Source: Chiloscyllium plagiosum (taxonomy: Eukaryota). Taken from it: a stretch of 64,000 bases of DNA. Both the position numbers and the translations under genes were made by a program. Numbering within the stretch: the first letter of the stretch is position 1; every line of letters begins with the position of its first letter. The stretch covers positions 12,416,908 through 12,480,907 of the forward strand of contig NC_057751.1 of the NCBI RefSeq assembly GCF_004010195.1. Direction: 5' to 3'. The notes under the pieces are model-generated. The model saw only the letters and a program-made list of their open reading frames with translations. It searched no databases and was not told where the DNA came from. Positions 52,819-64,000 of the stretch are shown here, piece by piece.

Positions 52819-52906
52819 CTGAGGAAGGGCATGTGCCCGAAACGTCGAATCTCCTTTTCCCTAGATGCTGTCTGACCTGCTGTGCTGTTCCAGCAATAAA
52901 GTTTCA
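52819..52906 (+). mobile_element. 88 bp PLE-derived insert beginning at an intact hammerhead core, 11 bp TSD
   Basis: TSD tcattgtaaac at 52808-52818 and 52907-52917; CTGAGGA-A-GGGC-ATGT-GCCC-GAA-ACGT-C at 52819-52846. Confidence 0.88.
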
Positions 52907-53334
52907 TCATTGTAAACTTTACCAAGCTGGCAAATATGGTCTCGCTACAATAACTTGAAAGGAATTCAGTGACAAATCAGTGAGAAGCATTCAAAAGTGA
53001 GATTCTACACGCACAGTGTTGACATACTCTCCCAAAGAAAATGAATGGTCCTGCCAATCCTACAGTCCCCTGCTTATCCAGAACCACACAAAGTCAGGTG
53101 AAGCAGAAGAATAGAGCTTAAGACAATCTTAAAAATATGTTTGGAAGCTTTATGGAGTATAGAAAGTACAGGGGTGGATTCAAAAGGGAAGTTAGGAGAG
53201 CAAAAAGAGGATACGGAAATGTATTGGCCCATAAAATTCAGGAAAATCCAAAGATATTTTATCAGTACAATCAGTGAAAGAAGATGATTAAGGAAAGGAT
53301 TGGGCTACCAGAGACGTACACGGTAACTTCAAGT

Positions 53335-53835
53335 CAGAGAGTCATACAGTACAGAAACAGACCCTTTGGTCCAACCAGTCGATGCCAACCATAACCCCAA
53401 ACTAAACTAGTCCCACCTGCCTGTGCTTGGCCCATATCCTTCCAAACATTTCTTATTCGTGAACTTATCCAAATGTCTTTGGATAAATATACTCGCATCC
53501 ACCACTTCTTCTGGAAGTTTATTCCAGCCATAAACCAACCTCTGTGCCAAAAAACGTGCCCCCTAGTCTTGAAATCCCTCACTTTAGGGAAAAGACACCT
53601 GCCATCCACATTATCTATACTCCTCATGTTTTTAGAAACTTCTAAAAGAAGTTCTGTAAAGACACCTCTCAACCTCCTACTTTCCAATGAAAAAAAGTCC
53701 CAGCCTCTCCTCATAACTTAAACCCTCTATTCCAGGCAACATCCTGGTCAACCTTTTCTGAACCATTTCCAGCTTCATAATATCTTTCCTGTAATAGGGC
53801 GACCAGAAGGGGTCACACTACTCCAGAAGAAGCCT
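53335..53835 (-). mobile_element. CR1 3' portion
   Basis: gagtcatacagtacagaaacagacccttt..; FSLESRRLRG..FKTRGHVF. Confidence 0.88.
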
Positions 53836-53837
53836 CA

Positions 53838-54083
53838 CATTCTTTTGCCTATGTTGCCTGTGTTCTGATGATGCCACCTTCCAAAATAGTACTGCCCATG
53901 GCTTGCTTCTTCCATGATGGTGGTTTTCCAACCACTGTGGTCGACAGGGGCTTCAACCACATCCAACCCATCACCGTGCTTCCAACCTTTCCATCACTCA
54001 CAACAGGTGAGTCCTGTTGTCCTCACCTTTCATCCCACCAGCCTCAGCATTCAAATGATCATTCTCTGCTATTTCAGACAACT
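53838..54083 (+). mobile_element. Penelope-like ORF internal fragment (region between RT and endonuclease)
   Basis: CSDDATF..FFHDGGFPTTVVDR..PVVLTFHPTSLSIQMIILCYFRQL. Confidence 0.7.
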
Positions 54084-55064
54084 TGTGTGCATGAGATGGG
54101 CCAAATAATTGTGGGCTGGTCAGTTTGGCCTTGGTGATGGGCAAATTTCTGGAATAAATATTGAGAGATGGGATTAAACAATTACTTGGAGAGGATGGAT
54201 AAATTCAAGATAATCAACCTGGTTTTGAAAGGAAGGCTTCATCTTGCGAAAATTAATCCTTTTTTCAGGGCGTCACAAGGAGAGTTGATGATGGTAGTGT
54301 AGCAGAAGTTGTCTGCATGGATTTTAGTGGGACATTTGACAATGTCTCACATGGTAGACTGGTCAGAAAAAGCAAAGCCCATGGGATACAGAGGAACATG
54401 GCAATTTGGATCCAAATTGGCTCAGTGACAGAATATTAAGGATTAGAAGCATGTTTTTATAAATGGGAAGCGGTGTTCAGAGGTGTTTACAGGGTTCAGT
54501 GTTAGGGCCCTTGCCTTTTGTGGGACATATTAATGATTTAAAGATATATATGGGAGGTATATGCTTGGGAAATTTGCAAATTACATAAAAATGGGCTCAG
54601 GTCAATGATAGTGAAGTTCGACATCAATGGTTTGATAAAACAGCAGAACAATGGCAGGTGGAATTCAGTCTGGAGAAGCGCAAGGTTATGCATTTCAGAA
54701 TGGCAAATGAAATAAGGGAATACATAATACATGGAAGGGTATTGAGAGGTTTGGAGGAATTGAAAGATCTTGAAGTACATGCACAAAGGTCTGTGAAGGT
54801 GGCAGAACATGGAGATAAGGAGATAAAGGCTTCACATGGGAAGCTTTCCTTTAATGGGCGGGGTACTGAATACAAGATCAGGGATGTTATGCTGAAACTA
54901 TATGAAAGACATGTTCAGCTCCAACTGTGATATATTTGCCCCAGAGAAAGTAAAAGGGAGATTGACAAAAATATTGCTAGAGCTTAAAAAGTTTAGATAT
55001 GAAGAAAGATTGGATAGGCTTTGTTTACTTTTCTTTGAACAGAAGAGGCTGAGGAGTGACTTAA

Positions 55065-55473
55065 CACAACGGCTGGAGGAAGAGCACCTCATCTTCCACC
55101 TAGGAACCCTCCAACCACAAGGGATGAACTCAGATTTCTCCAGTTTCCTCATTTCCCCTCCCCCTACCTTGTCTCAGTCCCAACCCTCAAACTCAGCAAT
55201 CTTCCTAACCTGCAATCTTCTTCCTGACCTCTCCGCCCCCACTCCCACTCCGGCCTATCACCCTCACCTTGACCACCTTCCACCTATCGCATTTCCAACA
55301 CCCCTCCCCCAAGTCCCTCCTCCCTACCTTTTATCTTAGCCTGCTGGACANNNNNNNNNNNNNNNNNNNNNNNNNNNNNNNNNNNNNNNNNNNNNNNNNN
55401 NNNNNNNNNNNNNNNNNTTTCCAGCAACACATTTTCAGCTCTGATCTCCAGCATCTGCAGTCCTCACTTTCTC
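55065..55473 (+). mobile_element. Penelope-like 3' terminus (GIY-YIG C-terminus plus terminal repeat) spanning an assembly gap
   Basis: QRLEEEHLIFHLGTLQPQGMNSDF; same end sequence as the 41.3 kb element; cttaa on both sides; splits CR1 ..gagtgacttaa|ttgaggtgtac. Confidence 0.85.
55351..55417. other. Assembly gap (67 N)
   Basis: Run of n. Confidence 1.
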
Positions 55474-55849
55474 CTTAATTGAGGTGTACATGGTAAGGAG
55501 AGATAGAATGGACAGGAAAGATCTGTTGCCTCTTGAGGAAAAGTCAATTACCAGGAATCACAGATTTAAGGTGAATAGTAGCATGGTTAGAGGGGACACA
55601 AAGACATTTTTATTTTCCCAGAGGATGGAGGTTTTCTGGAATTTGCTGCTCATTTGAAACTCTCAACTCATTTAAAGATAACCTGGATCTGCACCTGAAG
55701 CACTGTAACTTGCAAAGCCAGGTTCTGGGAAGTGAGTAAGTGAGTTTATTTAGATGAGGTTGACATTATAGGTTGAATGACCTCTTTCAGTGCTGTAACT
55801 TCTTTGTGGTTCTGGTTTCCCAGGATCTCAGATCATGAAGCCTTCTTCC

Positions 55850-55875
55850 TTCTCTCTGTCTCTCCCTCTCTTTTG

Positions 55876-55916
<41 letters not shown>
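55850..55916 (+). repeat. (CT)n microsatellite
   Basis: tctctctctc run. Confidence 0.95.
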
Positions 55917-56899
55917 ATGCCTTCAATAATTTTCAGGCTTCACTTGACTGTCAGCTTAACATCACTCACTACCATTGCTAAATTTGCCTCATCTTTCTTC
56001 CTGCACAAACTCACTTCATGTCCTACATTATGAGCTTGCTTTCTCCCTGAAAAACTATCAGTTGGCACAGTGATTGTCCCTATCATCAGTTTGAGATGAA
56101 AGTGAGGTATTCTATTTGGTACAGATAGGTGCATTGTTGCATTATCTTCACCTATGCCAAGGATAAAGCCCAAACTGACAGAAGGAATTGCACTTGCTTT
56201 CATGTCACTGTAGTCCTTCACCAGTTGGCCAAAGAGAAGCTTTGACTGAGTTCTCTAACTGTATGTTCATGTAAATCCAAATATATATGGGTCTTTAAGA
56301 TCCAAGAAAAAGAAGACAGCAGAAGAGTCAAATAGAGACCCAATCAAAAGATTGTTTTCATGTGATATTTTTCTGACCTCTTTGAATACCATTATGTTTC
56401 AAATGCTGTAGATTACTGTTTCACCAGAGGTTCCTATTACTCTATTGCATTTTAGCTGCTTTCTTATGAAGAGCTCCACTGAAAAGCCCTTGATTCAGAA
56501 AGCAAATTTGCTCAGGGAAAATTCAACACTGAGCCATTAACACCAGTAATTCATAAGACCTCAAGGTTAATATGGACGAGTAAAGCTCTTTGGCTTTAAT
56601 TGCCTCATCCATCTCATAAACACAGTATCCAACAGTTCCTTCAATAACATGGTGATAGCACTCAATACAAGAAGACACATATTCAATACAAGAAATCCCT
56701 TATCAATGTCTATCAGTCTTTATAGAAGAAAAACAGTTCAAGTATTTCTTTCATTTAACTGGGTTAAATCAAATCCACTGCTATGTTGAAGCCATACCTG
56801 GAAGTAGTTATCCAGATTTACTTTCCTTATGTAATTAAGTATAAATTTCTCTTTGTTTCTCAACCATGCATATTCTTTTTACATTTTATCCTGACACAA

Positions 56900-57030
56900 G
56901 AACTTAGAACTTAGGCTCAGGAGAAGGCCATTTGGCCCTTTGACTTTGGGATGCAATAAGATCTTGGCTAATCAGGTTATGGTGTCAGCTCCACTTTCCT
57001 ATAAGCATCCCAGAACCTTTGAACTCATTG
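56900..57030 (-). mobile_element. CR1 3' tail
   Basis: aagaacttagaacttagg..aggagaaggccatttggcccttt. Confidence 0.65.
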
Positions 57031-57074
57031 TCCAGATTAAACAAGTCCAAATAAATAATAGAGATGGCCTTGAC

Positions 57075-57520
57075 AACAGCCACTGAGTCAGAAGGCTATG
57101 GCTTTTTAACATTCTTTCATAGGATGTGGGTGGCCCCAGCATTTATTGCCTATCCCTATTTGCCCTTAAGAAGCCAGTGGTGAGCTTTTTGAATTGCACC
57201 TATATGGTGTCAGTACATTGAAAGTGCTTTAAGGTTCGGTCCCCACTTCAGAGACTTCAGCACAACCACGGTAGATACTCTTTTGAAGAGTCGAAGACTT
57301 CCTCCCAGTACTCCTTCCAATAGTTATCCCTTGACCAACACCATTTAAAAGGAAACTTGAGTAGTTCTTCATGACCACATTATTTTTTGTTGAACAAATT
57401 GGCTAACACGCTTTCTACATTACCATGACTCCATTTTAAAAACGCTTCACTCCTATCACATGCTTTGTGACATTTCAAGATTGGAAGAGGTACAATACAA
57501 ATGTAAATCTTGCTCTCTTT
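57075..57520 (+). mobile_element. Decayed Deu-domain SINE with a second SINE tail inserted
   Basis: ctgagtcagaagg..ggttc..ccccacttcagagactt..tttctacattac..aaatgtaaatctt. Confidence 0.45.
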
Positions 57521-59469
57521 CTGTTTGCACTTTATGAAACAAAGCTATTGTGAGGCACTATCCCTCTCTTCCTTGTTTAGTTCAGACTTAAGTCACTTGT
57601 AAAAATTCCCAAGCAGCCGATGTGAATTTTTTGTTTATTTTCCATGAGGAAGAAAAACAGGAGCACCAGGAAGACTGATTTTTTTTTCCATTGCATCAGG
57701 GAGTTGATATTTCAAATGACATAGTTAATTTAAATCTCATCTGCAGTGCAAATCCTTTGCAGGACTTAGGGACAAATGTTGGTTGCAATAGTAAGAATGA
57801 CACCATTGAGTATCTAATTAGTATGAATTGATATTTTAGGGCTTATTTGTATAAAAAGCCCACACTTACTTTTCTTCACTTGGTTGTTCAGTATCCTTCT
57901 GCAGTCTTATATCTTAGCCTGTGCAGTTCCTTACTATGCCATAAATTGGTTTATCAATGTAATTGCTCTCAACAGACTATTCTGAAGCAATGCAGCAATG
58001 GCCAAGCTATTTCACTCTCTGTTCCTGTTCAGCCAATTTTACTCCTCATTGCTGCAAATTGATGGCCTGATATCAGGACTTTGTGTGTTCATTAAAAAGC
58101 AATATCACACTGACATTTTTACCGCTCTCACTATCTCCTGCTCTCTGCCAAGAACATTTTTGCATTAGAATAAAAACTATTGTGATTGCTCAGGGAACGG
58201 TGAAATAGAAAAGCAAGGTGCTTCTCTCTCTGGTCTGCATTTTGCTTTAATATTGTATTTCATTTCATTTCTCAAGACTGAACAGCTTCAATGCAGAGAT
58301 TTGCACTGCATTTCTATGGTGGAGATCACATGCTGGCTATCTTTTCTCTGAAAATTGTCTGGTATGGGGGGAGGAAATTATAATGCAACCATTTTTCTGA
58401 GGAGTTGAGCTATCAGACAGAATTTTCCTGTTTTTGCCTTAATGGGAGAGGAGAGGAGTCAAAATTCTCAAAGCTCTTTTCTTCATCAACAATGTTTTTT
58501 TAAAGCTGTTGTAATTATTCTACATGACTTGAAAACTCAAAAACAGGTTGTGTGAGTAATTTTGTTGCTTCATCTCATAGAGTGTGGGAGTGCTTGGGTA
58601 CGGAATAAAGAAGAGAGAAGGTTGGAACATTTGCTGAAAGGTTAGGATTTATGCTGAATTTATTGCCTCTTGTGATAGTTATAGCTATTCGAGAAACCCA
58701 CAAAGAAGCTAAGATGTAGTTTACAACAAAACAATTTAAAACAGAGAAGGATGTTTGTGGTATTTAAAGTGCAATTGTAGCACATTTTCAATTAGCTTGT
58801 CATCTAATTATCAAGGACCAACCATTCAAAAAGAAACTTTTGCACTCTTGGCTGAAGTGAAAGGGACACAACATCCCCACCTCCTCAAAATCCCAGTGAT
58901 CTTCATTTCAGATAAAGATGAAAAGATTTCCAATTTAAAAATGAAATGATGCTTCCAACAGTACTGTCATATATTAAACTGCCCAAATCATTAGAATTTG
59001 CAAATGCATGTCAGTTTGAAGCAAAATTATCACCGAAAAGGTTGCTTCTGTTGCTCTCACTCAACATATCAATGGTAACAATTCAACCTGTTGTAGCTAA
59101 GAGAAACCTTATACTTCAAAATTTACGATGCAACTGGGTATCCAGATAAAAAGTTGCACCATCACATTAAAGAGGCATCTTGTTGAAAACCTCATAAATC
59201 TTAGAATCCTCATAACTATTCTGCAATAAATTATAACATATTATAGCACTGAAACATTTAGCCCAACAGGTCTATATTTTAATATATACACAAGATGAAA
59301 TACAAAGGCGAAAACCTTTTTTTAAATAAGAATGACTATGCTTTTCCATCTTGCCACAGTGTTATTGCAATTGGAAAACAATTCACTGGCACTCTAAGTA
59401 GTGCAGTTGGCAGTAAAAATTTGCGAAGGATATTGCTAGATTAAGTGAGTGGTAGCATTGGAGTGTACA

Positions 59470-61215
59470 GAATCTGTAGAATCACAAGAGGATTATGTTG
59501 CAGAAGGTGGCTATTTGGCCCATCCTGTCTGCACTGGCTCTCCAAATGAACATTGTGACTTCTGCCTTTTCCCTAGACCTTTGCATTGTTTCTGTTCAAA
59601 TACTCATCCAGTGACCTCTTGAATTCTTCAACTAAACTTGCCTCCGCCACACTTCCAGACCCAAATACTCATTGTGTGAAAATATATTTTCAACATCACA
59701 TTTGCCACTTTTGTAAAACACTTCAGATCTGTGCCCTCTTGGCCTGATCCTTGTACAAACAGGAACAGTTTTGCCCTATCTATTTGATCCAGCGCCCTGA
59801 TGATTTTGAAAATTTCCACCAGATCGCCTCTTAACTTCTTTCCTCCAAGGTGAATAGGCCCAAACTGTGCAATCTATCCTTACAACTTAAGTTTCTCATC
59901 ATTGTAACTATTCTCGTAAATCATTTCTGTACTGTCTCTCATGTGTTCAAGTACTTCCTATAGCATGTTATGTAGGATTCATGTCACAATAATTGTGCTG
60001 AGTCCCACAAGTGTCATCTTGTATTCTATGTGGCAAAAGTGCGTACTACAGATGCTGGAGGTTGGAGTCAAGATTAGAGTGGTGCTGGAAAAGCACAAGA
60101 CAGGCAGCATCTGAGGAGCAGGAAAATCGACATTTCGGGCAAAAGCCCTTCATCAGGAATCAGTCCTCATAAAGTGCTTTTGCCCGAAATGTCTGACCTG
60201 CTGTGCTTTACCAGCACCACTCTTGTACTTTATGTCCCTATTATTAAAGCTGAGGACACTGTATACTTTATCATCTGGCCTCTCTATTTTGCCCTGCCAC
60301 TTTGAATAATCTGTGCAACTATACAGCTCGATCCTTCTGTTCCTGCATCTCATTAAGAATTGTACCTTTTTTTTATTTTATCAGTCTGTGCTGTTCTAAT
60401 CAAAATGCAACACCTCACACTCACTCAAACTTCATCTACCCTTTCCGCTGACTTAGCTACGTCCTTTAAAATTCTGCAATGTCCTTTTGGTAGGTTGTAA
60501 TGCTTCCTACATTTGTATCATTTGCAAACTTTGACCTATCCCCTGCACAGCACGACTGAGATCTTGAATATATATCAGACAAAATGAGTGTCCCAACACT
60601 GACCCCAAAGGAATTCCATGACAAACCTCCCTCCCCCCTAAAAATTATTTATCGATACTCTCCTATCGGTCGGCCACTCCTGTATCCATATCGCCTTTTT
60701 CTTCATGAGCTATAACATTTCTCACGTCTTTCATGGGCATGGTATCAAATGCCTTTCAAAAGTCCACTCACTCCATATCAACCCAATGCCCTCATCAACC
60801 CTTTCTGTTAATTTTTCAAAAATCTGCAACAAGTTATTTCGCCTTTAGTAATCCATTCTGGCTCTTCCTAATCAACCTACTGTTTTCCATGTGACCATTA
60901 ATGTTATGCTGAATAATTGTTTCTTGAAGCTTCTCTGCAACTGAAGTTAAACAGACCGCTATGCAATTGCTGAGTTTATTCTCACAACATTTCTAGAACA
61001 ATGTTGTAATGTTTGCAATTCTGCAGCACTTTGACATTTCCTGTAGGTCTAGAGAAGATGACTTTGGCCAGGACCTCTGCAATTTCCACTCTCACTTCTT
61101 TCAATATCCTTGGAAGCATCTTATCCACTATTAGTGCCTTGTCAACTTTCAGTACTGACAGTCTATCCAACAATTTATCCTTATCAGTTTTGAAGCCTTG
61201 TACTGACAGTGTTTC
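59470..61215 (-). mobile_element. Old CR1 LINE
   Basis: LKVDKA..MLPRILKEVRVEIAEVLA (60982..61173); 3' tail at ~59480. Confidence 0.8.
60032..60220 (-). mobile_element. Palindromic PLE-derived mini-element with 15 bp TSD (2 mismatches)
   Basis: tcttgtattctatgt 60017-60031 / tcttgtactttatgt 60221-60235; minus strand attc-CTGATGA-A-GGGC-TTTT-GCCC-GAAATGTC. Confidence 0.85.
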
Positions 61216-61349
61216 CTCCTTAAGAATCAGACAACTGTTGGTGAGTTTAACTTCATGGTTACCACAACTCAGGCAAGGTTGAGAAGGCAGGCCTTCCTGG
61301 TGATCTCAGACAGTATGAAAATAGAACCAATGCTGCCATCATGACTCCA

Positions 61350-62029
61350 CAGGTAGTTCTGCTATAACGCGTGTTTCTTAAGCAATTTGGCTATAAAACG
61401 CAATTTGAAGATTAGATTCCCTACAGTCTAGAAACAGGCCCTTTGATCCAACAAGTTTAGCATGACCAATTCACCTGGCCTGCACATCTTTGGATTGTGG
61501 GAGGAAACCAACACAGACATGGGGAGAATGTGAAAACTCCACACAGACAATTGCCCAAGATAGGAATCAAATTCAGGGCCCTGGTGCTATGAGGCAGCAG
61601 TACTAACCACTGAGCCACTGTGCTGCCCCAGAATTGCAGACTTGTTTTATAAAGTGAACTCTTGTTCACTGTTAAGTGATTTTCCCAGCACTAGGTGTCA
61701 TGGTGTGTGGATGACTGGACTCTGCATCAGTATCACTTGCTTTCTGGTGAAGAACTTTGTGAAAGGTACAAGTGCTGTAGTCAGTAATTTAGTGTTAAAG
61801 TGTTAAATTTATTGCATTATTTCATTAAATAAATCTTTAAATCATATATTTTAAACTGTGCAATGTTTGTCTTGGCAAATTACTATTTTTGTTTTAATTT
61901 TTCCTGGTATTTTTGGTGATTTGCCGTGAACCGTCTTTTTCCCATCGGGACCATGATTTCAATTGCACAATTTTCCACAACATGGCACCACACAGGAACA
62001 CAGTTATGGCATTAAAAGAGAACTCCCTT
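61350..62029. mobile_element. Possible Tc1/mariner (pogo/Tigger-like) non-autonomous element
   Basis: Left CAGGTAGTTCTGCTATAACGC (61350-61370) vs right gcattaaaagagaactccctt (62009-62029): 15/21 inverted match; no clean TA TSD. Confidence 0.45.
61410..61628 (-). mobile_element. HE1-like SINE (internally deleted)
   Basis: gattagattccctacag..ggagaatgtg..gcagcagtactaaccactgagccac. Confidence 0.85.
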
Positions 62030-62854
62030 TTCATTGCAAACCAGCTGTTCAGCCTACTAAGCTAATCGACCCAAATAATTCACTCAATATAATGCTCTGT
62101 ATCATGATAGGAAGCATAGCACCTTCATCCTGCATCTCCCACTCCCAATCTACCCTCTCAAGGTACATCTAGCAATAGGACCTGAGCAGGTCACTAGATT
62201 AATGAAATCAAATGACCATGCTGTATCTTGATCATTACTCTCTTCGTAACCTTCTTCTATTGTAAAGCAATAAAGGTGTGAGTTGGGAAAGGATTGAAGA
62301 ATGGCAATCAAATTTAACCTTCTCTGTGTCTCTGGTTAAATCACAGCTTACCTTTCTGTAGAATGTGATGATAATCTGCAGAAATAATTATTCTGTTTCA
62401 ATCATGTGCACATAGACAGCAAACCTACAATCTGAAGGAAAGCACCACAGCCAAGGCCAATCCATATCAAGTCAGCGTACAAAGAAAGCTCTCATCCCTG
62501 AAAGAAGAAACAGTGACACTGGCAACATGAGATAGACTGGTCTGATGCATGTTACATACTTCAAAATGGAGGTCCAGTGTGACCAGTATAGTCATTCGTA
62601 GGTGTTTTCCAGATATTAGTTTCTCTTTTTAGTGAGTATTCTTCCTGCAATGCTTTTCATAACCTTAGGACATTGCAAAATACTTTACAGATAATGAAAT
62701 GCTCCCTCACTCCAGTCATTGTAACACAGGTAATACTGTAGTTTCCAAACAGCAAACTCCAACAAACAAGAGCATAGGGATAAGATGATTGAGTCATTTA
62801 TTTATGTGGTCGAGGAATAATGGAGGTAATGATAAAAAGTTTTGAAGAATGCAA

Positions 62855-63030
62855 AGGCACTAGTGTCCATGAAGGAAGGAAATCTGCTGTCCTTACCTGA
62901 TCAGGCCTGCATGTGACTCCAGACCCATAGCAATGTAATTGACTTGTCACTGTCCTCTGAGCAATTAGGGATGGGCAATAAATGCTGGCCGGTCCAATGA
63001 TGCCCACATTCCATGAACGAATGTAAAAAA
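62855..63030 (+). mobile_element. SINE/LINE 3' tail (family of 43.5 kb)
   Basis: aggaaatctgctgtccttacc..catgtgactccagaccc..gggatgggcaataaatgctggcc..atgcccacattccatgaacgaatgtaaaaaa. Confidence 0.75.
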
Positions 63031-63287
63031 ACAATTCATGTGCAGACATATGAAGGATTTGATGTTGCATCTGACAAGCAGCACCTCCTACAGTCCTGTT
63101 TTGGGACTGCACAGAAGTATCAACCGAGATTAAGTGCTGAAGCCTCTAAGGTAGTACTTGCATCCACAATATTCCAACTGGAAGAGAGCCATGACTATAA
63201 AGTGGAGGGGAATAGGTGGCGTCGAGAGAGTCACTTAGGAGAGGAATCTTGGTTGAGTTTCCCCTCCCCTCCCTTGACTGGGAATGC

Positions 63288-63436
63288 TCCACCAACTACT
63301 TGATGAAGGAGCAGTGCTCCGAAAGCTAGTGCTTCCAAATAAACCTGTTGGAGTATAACCTGGTGTTGTGTGATTTTTAACTTTGTCCACCCCACCGCCC
63401 CACCCCACCCAAGGTCCAGCACCGGCACCTCCAAAT
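63288..63436 (+). mobile_element. Short PLE-like terminal insert with hammerhead motif and perfect 15 bp TSD
   Basis: TSD cttgactgggaatgc at 63273-63287 and 63437-63451; tac-TTGATGA-A-GGAGC-agt-GCTCC-GAA-AGCT-A-gtg at 63297-63331. Confidence 0.85.
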
Positions 63437-63459
63437 CTTGACTGGGAATGCCATTGCCA

Positions 63460-63722
63460 AAATGGTAGCATAGTAGCTAAACGGTTAGCCTTGCTGACTC
63501 TCAGTACTAGGGAGTAGGGTTTGAGTCCTGCCTCAGACAATTTTGTGCTTTGGAGTTTGCATATTCTTCCCCTGTCTGTGCTCCAGTTTCCTCCCACACC
63601 CCACAAAGATGTGTAGTTTAGGTGGATTGGCCATGTGAAATGCAGGGATGGGCATAGGATGCTCTTTGGAGGATCGACAATGGGCCGAATGGCCTGCTTC
63701 TACACTGCAGGGATTCTGTGGT
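63460..63722 (+). mobile_element. Older HE1-like SINE
   Basis: tggagtttgcatattcttcccc..ggccatgtgaaat..gggccgaatggcctgcttctacactgcagggattct. Confidence 0.8.
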
Positions 63723-64000
63723 TCAACTGAGATCAGCTGAGGCAACAAGATGCCTTTTCATAATAAAAAGCTCTCAAGTTTTGTTCAAAGAATACTTAGC
63801 AGCTGCAGCTCAGCTGGAATGGAATAAAGCTTTCCCAAAAACTTTCCCTTGCATGCACCTTGAATTGATTTTTGTTCTGCCTTCTGACTCTGTTACTTTA
63901 CCCTTTGGGAAGTAAATTCATTTCTTTTATCAGATCTTACCCTTCTGGCACTGAAATTCATGTACAGCATGTTTCAAAAATAAAACACAGAACTTTCGCA

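Larger units (their letters stand above)
52060..55805 (+). mobile_element. Decayed, once near-full-length CR1 (ORF1 remnant through 3' end) with nested inserts
   Basis: ORF1 esterase-like VMVQVGTNDLGR (~52420), ggggagggtttaaactagattggcagggg, RT remnants 54130-55060, 3' end 55475-55805. Confidence 0.7.
8237..64000 (-). other. SFRP1: Probable SFRP1 last intron (partial, >55 kb)
   Basis: Lies upstream of the splice acceptor. The expected short middle exon (C-x-x-C-D-N...H-x-C-A-S-E-F) was not found by eye in the window. Confidence 0.65.

Noticed and set aside
53865..53872. CTGATGA as another hammerhead core
   Set aside because: No stem II or GAAA follows; it encodes S-D-D in the PLE ORF fragment
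59375..59400. caattcactggcact as SFRP1 middle exon end (ASEF)
   Set aside because: Reads SASEL with no splice donor and no upstream CxxCDN motif

Overview
Vertebrate genomic DNA, most likely from a cartilaginous fish (shark). This is inferred from HE1/V-SINE-type SINEs, shark-type CR1 LINEs and Deu-domain SINE relics. The only host coding sequence I can support is the last coding exon of SFRP1 (NTR/netrin domain, minus strand, 7911-8236), followed by a repeat-poor ~3 kb probable 3' UTR (about 4940-7910). I could not find the preceding exon, so 8237-64000 is probably one intron of more than 55 kb. It is dense with CR1/L2 LINE fragments, SINEs, five solo LTRs and Penelope-like element (PLE) pieces. 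The most notable signal is a set of about ten PLE-derived inserts. Many are flanked by 11-15 bp target-site duplications (TSDs) and carry minimal hammerhead-ribozyme cores (CTGAnGA-stem II-GAAA-palindrome-TH), including a near-perfect 90 bp-arm palindrome with a core on each strand. Other structural signals: a solo LTR holding a CR1, a PLE GIY-YIG fragment and a second LTR; a 187 bp ~97% inverted duplication; a 400 bp direct duplication; and two CR1 copies sharing a 5' truncation point and a dead catalytic motif (FADD to FANY). Most entries in the ORF track are spurious or transposon-derived.
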